The position numbers were made by a program, and so were the translations under genes. DNA of 64,000 nucleotides from a virus (lineage: Duplodnaviria > Heunggongvirae > Uroviricota > Caudoviricetes), in the IMG/VR virus record IMGVR_UViG_3300045988_155182. The stretch is one strand, 5' to 3'. Within the stretch, counting starts at the first letter, position 1. Every line of letters begins with the position of its first letter. Below are positions 58,387 to 64,000 of the stretch, in pieces. The notes under the pieces were generated by a model that worked only from the letters and a program-made list of their open reading frames with translations, was not told the origin of the DNA and did no database searches.

Positions 58387-58913
58387 AATTTTCCAAATTT
58401 TCTGAGTTGGTGAATCGTATTTTGTCCAACAACCACAGCCATCGTCGCGATATGGATGTAACGATCGTTGTTCATTCGCCTGGTCGCATCGGTTCAACAC
58501 CATCAGTTGAGGTTCAGTCAATTCAGGCGGGTTTTGATTGGGATGCCGGGCAAGTGATGATTTTTCCAGCACAGCCACTGACCACGCTAACACCAGAGCA
58601 GGTTGCTGATATCACTGATAGTGTGCGCAAAGGTCAGTCTTGGCACGCGTATCAGGAATACAAGAAGCATAAAGAGCAGTTGGAAAAATTGTCGATGGAG
58701 TTGGAAGGCGCTAAACAGCGGGAAAAAGATCTGTTTATGGAAAATGTTCGACTTAAGTCAGGTATAGCCGGTCTGATACACCTCGGTATTCGATATGCGG
58801 ATGTTGAGGTCATGAAAATTGCTGGAGATGCCCAGCTTTCTACTCCATGCACTGACAGCATCATAAACAGCATTGCAGCAGGCATTTTCACCAAAGAGGG
58901 GGCAGCACGATGA
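58383..58913 (+). CDS. Hypothetical protein
   Basis: ATG overlapping the upstream stop (ATGA); the track ORF 58254..58913 extends upstream in the same frame. Confidence 0.3.
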   Translation: MKFSKFSELVNRILSNNHSHRRDMDVTIVVHSPGRIGSTPSVEVQSIQAGFDWDAGQVMIFPAQPLTTLTPEQVADITDSVRKGQSWHAYQEYKKHKEQLEKLSMELEGAKQREKDLFMENVRLKSGIAGLIHLGIRYADVEVMKIAGDAQLSTPCTDSIINSIAAGIFTKEGAAR

Positions 58914-59095
58914 GAACACTAGAGGTTCGCGCTGAAGACGTAATCCCTGGTGATGTGCTCATAACATCTAAAGGTCAACAATGTGCGGTTAAATCTTTTT
59001 GGATGGAAAATGACAAAGTGACTCTGTTCGGTACGGATGGTTCCGAAACTGATTATGACTACGACGAATTGCTTGTTGTTGAGAGAGCTGCCTAA
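58910..59095 (+). CDS. Hypothetical small protein
   Basis: 61 aa, coupled. Confidence 0.3.
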   Translation: MRTLEVRAEDVIPGDVLITSKGQQCAVKSFWMENDKVTLFGTDGSETDYDYDELLVVERAA

Positions 59096-59748
59096 TGACC
59101 ACCGTTAACAATAAGAAATGCTACCCAAGCGAGAAATATCTTAATGAGCTGATCACCAACATTGAGTTTGCTGCAAGAGCACCAGTTGAAGTCGTGAGAG
59201 CGATTGCAGCAGAGCTACAGAAGCACCGTAAGGCCTATGCCAATACAGCCGCATCTAAGGATGGTTGGATAAGCTGTAGTGAGCGAATGCCTGTAATTGG
59301 CGAGCTAAATTGGAGAACTAGTTTTCCTTTACTGGTTACGTGTGAGATCGGCGTTATACCTGCTTATTACGGCTTTGTGAGCGTTAATGGTGATAGGCAT
59401 TATGGCTTTATGGAGAGTCTTAAATACGGAGACGCTAACGGCAACCATCCTCAAACTAATGAATATGGTCTGATTAGCAATGTCACACACTGGATGTCAC
59501 TACCAGAACGCCGCAGGAGTCGAACAGTGAATAATGCAGAGTTATTTCAGAAAATATCGGCTCTCGCGACTGAATGCCACGCTATAGCATCTGAGCTTGA
59601 TGTTGGCGATGAACGAACCGAGATGTTCGAAATATACAGTGTGCTGCGCAATCTCTGTCGGCGTGGCTACGCCACTCAAGTAGGGCGAATGACTAACCCA
59701 CTACTCTCATCCTGTGATGAGGATGACTCGGATGAGGATGACGAATGA
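59095..59748 (+). CDS. Hypothetical protein with acidic C-terminal tail
   Basis: 217 aa ending DEDDSDEDDE. Confidence 0.35.
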   Translation: MTTVNNKKCYPSEKYLNELITNIEFAARAPVEVVRAIAAELQKHRKAYANTAASKDGWISCSERMPVIGELNWRTSFPLLVTCEIGVIPAYYGFVSVNGDRHYGFMESLKYGDANGNHPQTNEYGLISNVTHWMSLPERRRSRTVNNAELFQKISALATECHAIASELDVGDERTEMFEIYSVLRNLCRRGYATQVGRMTNPLLSSCDEDDSDEDDE

Positions 59749-60128
59749 TGCATAAATCAGTAGCCGGTGAGTTTCAGAAGGAAGTCGATAATACTACCGT
59801 TCTATTGGACGATATTTTAAGCATTCTCGCGCTGCTTGAGGCTGGCGATTGGTCAGAACATTGCACTAAAACAGAGCTAGGCGGTCGGCTTGAAAGAGAG
59901 ATTACACGACTGATTAGCGATGCCCAAAATGATTTGTCACCTGAGCATCTCCCCTGCGATGTAGTTCTTGTGCCAGGGATGAGGATACACGAAGGCGTCA
60001 GAACGAAAACATTATTAACCGCATTACAGAGAAGAGCCGAACTAAGCTCGCGGATAAAGTTGATGCCATCCAAAATATTTGATGTCGTCAAATTTACGCC
60101 ATCGCAACATACTGAGAGAGATAAATGA
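59745..60128 (+). CDS. Hypothetical protein
   Basis: 127 aa, coupled. Confidence 0.3.
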   Translation: MMHKSVAGEFQKEVDNTTVLLDDILSILALLEAGDWSEHCTKTELGGRLEREITRLISDAQNDLSPEHLPCDVVLVPGMRIHEGVRTKTLLTALQRRAELSSRIKLMPSKIFDVVKFTPSQHTERDK

Positions 60129-60751
60129 GCACGGTAGCGAAAGATCTCACAGAAGATATTCTCAATGAAATTATTGCTGGTGCAAATACCTCGCTTGAGC
60201 AACTTCTTGCGTTAGCACTGATAGCCGAACGTCGAGACAGAAATCGTTTTTATGAGCGATTACCAGGGAAGCGACCAGATAGATCGGATGAAGAAGGTTG
60301 CGATATAGACTACATGGAGCCTTCAGAGATTTATCAACTTGGTAAAGATGACGGCTGGAACGCTTATCACGATGCTGTGATGAAGTTGGATGAAAAAGTT
60401 AAACCTCTTTCTCGACCGGTAGATCACGGTTTCCGCGATAACTGCGAATGCTCTAGTTGCCAGACCACGGCCCGTATTTGTTCCGAATTGACAGATAAGT
60501 CCAGCCTAATCTACGAAGTTAATGTAGGCGGTAATACATGGGTCGAATGCACAAGAGCTGCATACGTAAGAGCAAAAGACAAGGGTGAATTAACCAGAGT
60601 TGTTGCCCATCACCCAAATAATGAGCTTAAAGATCACCAGATTAGAGAACTGGTGAACGAGTTGCGGGATATTGCGGTTCAGTACCACGGAACGCAGCAA
60701 TTGCGGGAGAAAATTGCCAGAGCAGTGAACAACTCAGTCCGTAAAAAATAA
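60125..60751 (+). CDS. Hypothetical protein
   Basis: 208 aa; last gene of the long plus-strand block. Confidence 0.35.
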   Translation: MSTVAKDLTEDILNEIIAGANTSLEQLLALALIAERRDRNRFYERLPGKRPDRSDEEGCDIDYMEPSEIYQLGKDDGWNAYHDAVMKLDEKVKPLSRPVDHGFRDNCECSSCQTTARICSELTDKSSLIYEVNVGGNTWVECTRAAYVRAKDKGELTRVVAHHPNNELKDHQIRELVNELRDIAVQYHGTQQLREKIARAVNNSVRKK

Positions 60752-60964
60752 GCAATAGTACGATAAAGAGGCCCCATGCTCTTGATGGGGCCTGTAGCAA
60801 CTAGCGTTATGGACGCTGGTTTACGTACTCAATGATCGCTTTGATAATCGCGAACATCGGCGGCACGATTTTGAACAGTAAGTTAACCATAACAGGCCTC
60901 ACTTAGTTTTATCGCGCCTAGCTGCAAATACCTTTGGGCTTGCCTTTGCAGTTGCAATATCTGT

Positions 60965-61153
60965 AGTCGCCAGATACTTACGGCACGATTTCGAGTTAAG
61001 GTAAGGTTTTAGAGTCACCAAAAACCTGGACTTAAATCTTCTTTGAGAACAACGATGTTTAGTAAATGGTCATTATTACCTGGTATGACCACTCAACCTT
61101 TCTTGATGAATCCAGTACATTCGGTTAATCTTAATTCAGTCGCCAGATACTTA
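60965..61153. repeat. Pair of 16-bp direct repeats (AGTCGCCAGATACTTA) 173 bp apart in the ORF-free junction region
   Basis: Exact copies at 60965-60980 and 61138-61153; the second is followed by two tandem hairpin plus T-tract terminators (61161-61190, 61192-61222). Confidence 0.5.
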
Positions 61154-61516
61154 TGGCTCAGGAACAGAGCCGCAAACTCTGTTTCCTTTTAAAAAGCCCA
61201 GCCTAGTCAACTGGGCTTTTTAATGTCTATTTTTAACCCAACATACCCTCAATACTGCAACATCAGTGTCTTGCGAATTAAGATAGTGTGAATAGATTTT
61301 TCATGCAAGTGCATAAGCCTGTGGATAACTCAGGAAGGAAAAAGTGACTTCTGCGCACTTTAGACCGGACAAGGCGTTCGAAAAAGTCAATGGGAAGAAA
61401 AAATTTGTTAAAAATAACGTTTGTTTGAATTGTATATATTTATGCCTTTCAATAGTTAGCATCTTATTAACATCTTTTTTAAGAGATAGAGTTCAAAAAT
61501 ATATAGCTTCAATATA

Positions 61517-61536
61517 TACTGTATGTGTATACAGTA
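61517..61536 (+). promoter_or_regulatory. LexA (SOS) box upstream of the UmuD'-like gene
   Basis: tactgtatgtgtatacagta = CTGT-N8-ACAG palindrome, 16 bp upstream of the ATG, with AAGAGG RBS between. Confidence 0.65.
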
Positions 61537-61552
61537 TTAAGAGGCGAGTATT

Positions 61553-61942
61553 ATGGGCTTCCCTTCTCCTGCGGCGGATTATGCTGAGAGCCGTATTTCT
61601 CTTGATCAGCAGATAATTAGACATCCTTCAGCGACCTACTTCATGAGGGCAGCTGATAGTCATCATCGTGAGGGAATATTACAGGGTGCATTGCTGGTGG
61701 TCGATTCCTCACTTACCCCGGTTGATGGTTCTCTGCTTGTATGCGCTCTGGATGGGGAATATCGCGTAAAAAGATACCGGAAGTACCCACGTCAGCATCT
61801 GGAGGATTTAAGAACCGGTAAGAAGGAAGCATTGCCAAAGGATGACGATGGATGCACGGGCAGCAATGCCGTGTTTGGTGTGATCACTCACATTATCAAC
61901 GACGCAAGAAGTGGCGAGTTTGATGATTGTCCCGTGATGTAG
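61553..61942 (+). CDS. UmuD'-like protein (S24 peptidase fold, HumD-type, encoded already in the processed form)
   Basis: Begins MGFPSPAADYAE, which corresponds to UmuD immediately after its Cys-Gly self-cleavage site; conserved Ser (ADSHH) and Lys (GEYRVKRYR) positions present; no umuC follows. Confidence 0.8.
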   Translation: MGFPSPAADYAESRISLDQQIIRHPSATYFMRAADSHHREGILQGALLVVDSSLTPVDGSLLVCALDGEYRVKRYRKYPRQHLEDLRTGKKEALPKDDDGCTGSNAVFGVITHIINDARSGEFDDCPVM

Positions 61943-61953
61943 GAGAACTGATT

Positions 61954-61979
61954 AGGCGGTGCAATGCACCGCCTTTTTA
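61954..61979. terminator. Hairpin terminator between the UmuD'-like gene and the convergent mrp gene
   Basis: aggcggtgc aa tgcaccgcct followed by ttttat; abuts the mrp stop codon. Confidence 0.6.
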
Positions 61980-63080
61980 TCACACTGCGCGGAATGCGAT
62001 TTCGCTAGGTATTACTTCACCTTGCCAATACATTTGGGCAGCAACGCGATCTGCGAGGTCACGATAAATAGCTGTAAATTCGCTATCTGGACGACTAATA
62101 ACGGTTGGTGTTCCGTTATCCAGATCTTCACGAAGAGAGATATGAAGTGGCATTTGGCCTAACAACTGCGTGTTGTATTTCTCGGCCAGTTTCTGTGCGC
62201 CACCGGTGCCAAAAATTGGCTCGTGATGACCGCAGTTACTGCAAATATGCACACTCATGTTTTCGACGATACCCAGTACCGGCACTTCGACTTTTTCGAA
62301 CATCACAATGCCTTTCTTCGCATCGATCAGCGCGATGTCTTGCGGCGTAGTTACCACAACCGCACCAGTTACAGGAATGTTCTGCGCCAGCGTCAACTGA
62401 ATATCACCAGTGCCCGGCGGCATATCGAGAACGAGATAGTCCAGATCAGGCCATAGAGTTTCCTGCAACATCTGCATCAGCGCCTTGCTGGCCATCGGTC
62501 CACGCCACACCATTGCATTGTCGTCGGTGACCAGATAACCAATAGAGTTGGTTGCCAGGCCATGAGACATGATAGGTGCCATGTGAGTACCGTCAGGTGA
62601 GGTTGGACGTTGGTTTTCCGCGCCCAGCATGGTTGGAATTGATGGCCCATAGATATCGGCATCCAAAATACCAACTTTCGCACCTTCAGCAGCCAACGCC
62701 AGTGCCAGGTTTACCGCCGTTGAGGATTTACCCACGCCGCCCTTGCCTGAGCTGACGGCGATAATGTTCTTAACGCCATTAATGCCTGGTTGGTTTTTGA
62801 CGCGCTTAAGCGTGGCAATGTTGTACGACAGCTTCCAGTCAATAGCCTTTGCGCCAGTGATACGGAGCAGATCACCACTACATTGCTCTTTCAGGTCTTC
62901 AAAAGGCTTATTCCACACGAAAGGCATGATTAGTTCGACATGCAGTGTGTCATCCATCAACGCAACATGGTGTAACGCTTTAAGCGTAGTCAGGTTGTGT
63001 TTCAGGGTTTGGTGCTGAAAATTAGCCAGCGTACCGGCTACCATTGCTCTCAGGGCATCCGGCGATTTGGACTCGCTCAT
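61980..63080 (-). CDS. apbC: Fe-S cluster carrier ATPase Mrp/ApbC (chromosomal housekeeping gene)
   Basis: 366 aa; deviant Walker A SGKGGVGKSST, C-terminal CSNCGH motif; typical divergent arrangement with metG. Confidence 0.9.
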   Translation of the reverse strand: MSESKSPDALRAMVAGTLANFQHQTLKHNLTTLKALHHVALMDDTLHVELIMPFVWNKPFEDLKEQCSGDLLRITGAKAIDWKLSYNIATLKRVKNQPGINGVKNIIAVSSGKGGVGKSSTAVNLALALAAEGAKVGILDADIYGPSIPTMLGAENQRPTSPDGTHMAPIMSHGLATNSIGYLVTDDNAMVWRGPMASKALMQMLQETLWPDLDYLVLDMPPGTGDIQLTLAQNIPVTGAVVVTTPQDIALIDAKKGIVMFEKVEVPVLGIVENMSVHICSNCGHHEPIFGTGGAQKLAEKYNTQLLGQMPLHISLREDLDNGTPTVISRPDSEFTAIYRDLADRVAAQMYWQGEVIPSEIAFRAV

Positions 63081-63237
63081 CCCGTCTCCTTTATTTTAAT
63101 TTGCGCAATTGTCGCCTTGTAGTGTACTCCAGCTACGACATTTAATCATTTATGAGAAATGCTGTTATCACATGGCAGACATAAGGCCATTTTGTTACTA
63201 TCAAGCCCCTTTTCACTACAAAGAAGTAATGCCTACT

Positions 63238-64000
63238 ATGACCCAAGTCGCGAAGAAAATTCTGGTGACGTGCGCGCTGCCGTACGCTAACGGCTCAATC
63301 CACCTCGGCCATATGCTGGAGCACATCCAGGCTGATGTCTGGGTTCGTTACCAGCGAATGCGCGGCCACGAGGTTAATTTCATCTGTGCCGACGATGCCC
63401 ACGGTACGCCGATCATGCTGAAAGCGCAGCAGCTTGGTATCACACCGGAGCAGATGATTGGCGAAATGAGTCAGGAACACCAGACTGATTTCGCAGGCTT
63501 TAACATCAGCTATGACAACTATCACTCGACGCACAGCGAAGAGAACCGTCAGTTGTCTGAGCTTATCTATACTCGCCTGAAAGAGAACGGTTTTATTAAA
63601 AACCGCACTATCTCTCAGTTGTACGACCCGGAAAAAGGCATGTTCCTGCCGGATCGTTTTGTAAAAGGCACCTGCCCGAAATGTAAAGCGCCAGATCAAT
63701 ACGGCGATAACTGTGAAGTCTGCGGCGCGACCTACAGCCCGACTGAACTGATCGAGCCGAAATCGGTGGTTTCTGGCGCTACCCCGGTAATGCGTGATTC
63801 CGAACACTTCTTCTTTGATCTGCCTTCTTTCAGCGAAATGTTGCAGGCATGGACCCGCAGCGGCGCGTTGCAGGAGCAGGTGGCGAACAAAATGCAGGAA
63901 TGGTTTGAATCCGGCCTGCAACAGTGGGATATCTCCCGAGATGCGCCTTACTTCGGTTTTGAAATTCCGAACGCGCCGGGCAAATATTTCTACGTCTGGC
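63238..64000 (+). CDS. metG: Methionyl-tRNA synthetase, 5' portion (gene continues beyond the window)
   Basis: [46 protein letters not shown]... with HIGH-type motif (SIHLGH) and zinc knuckle CPKC...C..CG; no stop before the window end. Confidence 0.9.
   Translation, partial: MTQVAKKILVTCALPYANGSIHLGHMLEHIQADVWVRYQRMRGHEVNFICADDAHGTPIMLKAQQLGITPEQMIGEMSQEHQTDFAGFNISYDNYHSTHSEENRQLSELIYTRLKENGFIKNRTISQLYDPEKGMFLPDRFVKGTCPKCKAPDQYGDNCEVCGATYSPTELIEPKSVVSGATPVMRDSEHFFFDLPSFSEMLQAWTRSGALQEQVANKMQEWFESGLQQWDISRDAPYFGFEIPNAPGKYFYVW

Noticed and set aside
61344-61616. 90-aa ORF overlapping the start of the UmuD'-like gene
   Set aside because: It runs through the AT-rich promoter and LexA box and overlaps the UmuD'-like gene in another frame; low-complexity translation.
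1-61950. Interpretation as a virulent T5- or T4-like phage genome segment
   Set aside because: Despite the T4-like replication genes, the presence of ParA, an iteron-type RepA origin, a tyrosine recombinase, an HTH repressor-like gene, a LexA-controlled UmuD'-like gene and direct adjacency to chromosomal mrp-metG argue for a temperate, plasmid-like or integrated element.
63295-63921. 208-aa minus-strand ORF
   Set aside because: Entirely antisense to metG, whose translation is unambiguous.

Overview
About 62 kb of this window (1 to ~61,950) is one densely packed, mostly plus-strand accessory element that reads like a large phage-plasmid-type replicon; the right end (61,980-64,000) is ordinary enterobacterial chromosome (mrp/apbC and the 5' part of metG). 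The element carries plasmid maintenance functions (ParA plus a small RHH partner, an iteron-flanked RepA origin with DnaA boxes and GATC clusters, a tyrosine recombinase with a convergent HTH regulator). It also carries an unusually complete replication, recombination and nucleotide-metabolism set: DnaB-like helicase, primase, ATP-dependent ligase, DnaE-type Pol III alpha, DnaQ-like exonuclease, gp32-like SSB, flap endonuclease, RecA/UvsX-like recombinase, SbcD/SbcC-like nuclease, RuvC-like resolvase, NrdA/NrdB, glutaredoxin, ThyA-family enzyme, DHFR, a P-loop kinase and RNase HI. Three tRNA genes (Asn-GTT, Thr-TGT, Ser-TGA), two N6-adenine methyltransferases with no recognisable restriction partner, and roughly 40 small or hypothetical genes complete it. 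No virion structural genes, CRISPR array or IS element were recognised. Most worth a second look: a small protein whose C-terminus is a near copy of the ClpX N-terminal zinc-binding domain, AT-rich cargo genes (a possible DUF2971-like protein with an unknown partner, and an isolated minus-strand gene with an Rx4H motif), a minus-strand HicA-like/partner/CspA cluster, a LexA-box-controlled pre-processed UmuD'-like gene at the junction, a duplicated origin-like module, and several families of recurrent intergenic motifs and ORF-free structured regions. All calls come from reading the supplied translations and sequence by eye; no database search was run, and the ORF-track start codons were adjusted where the first codon was TTG/GTG and a better ATG/RBS lay downstream.
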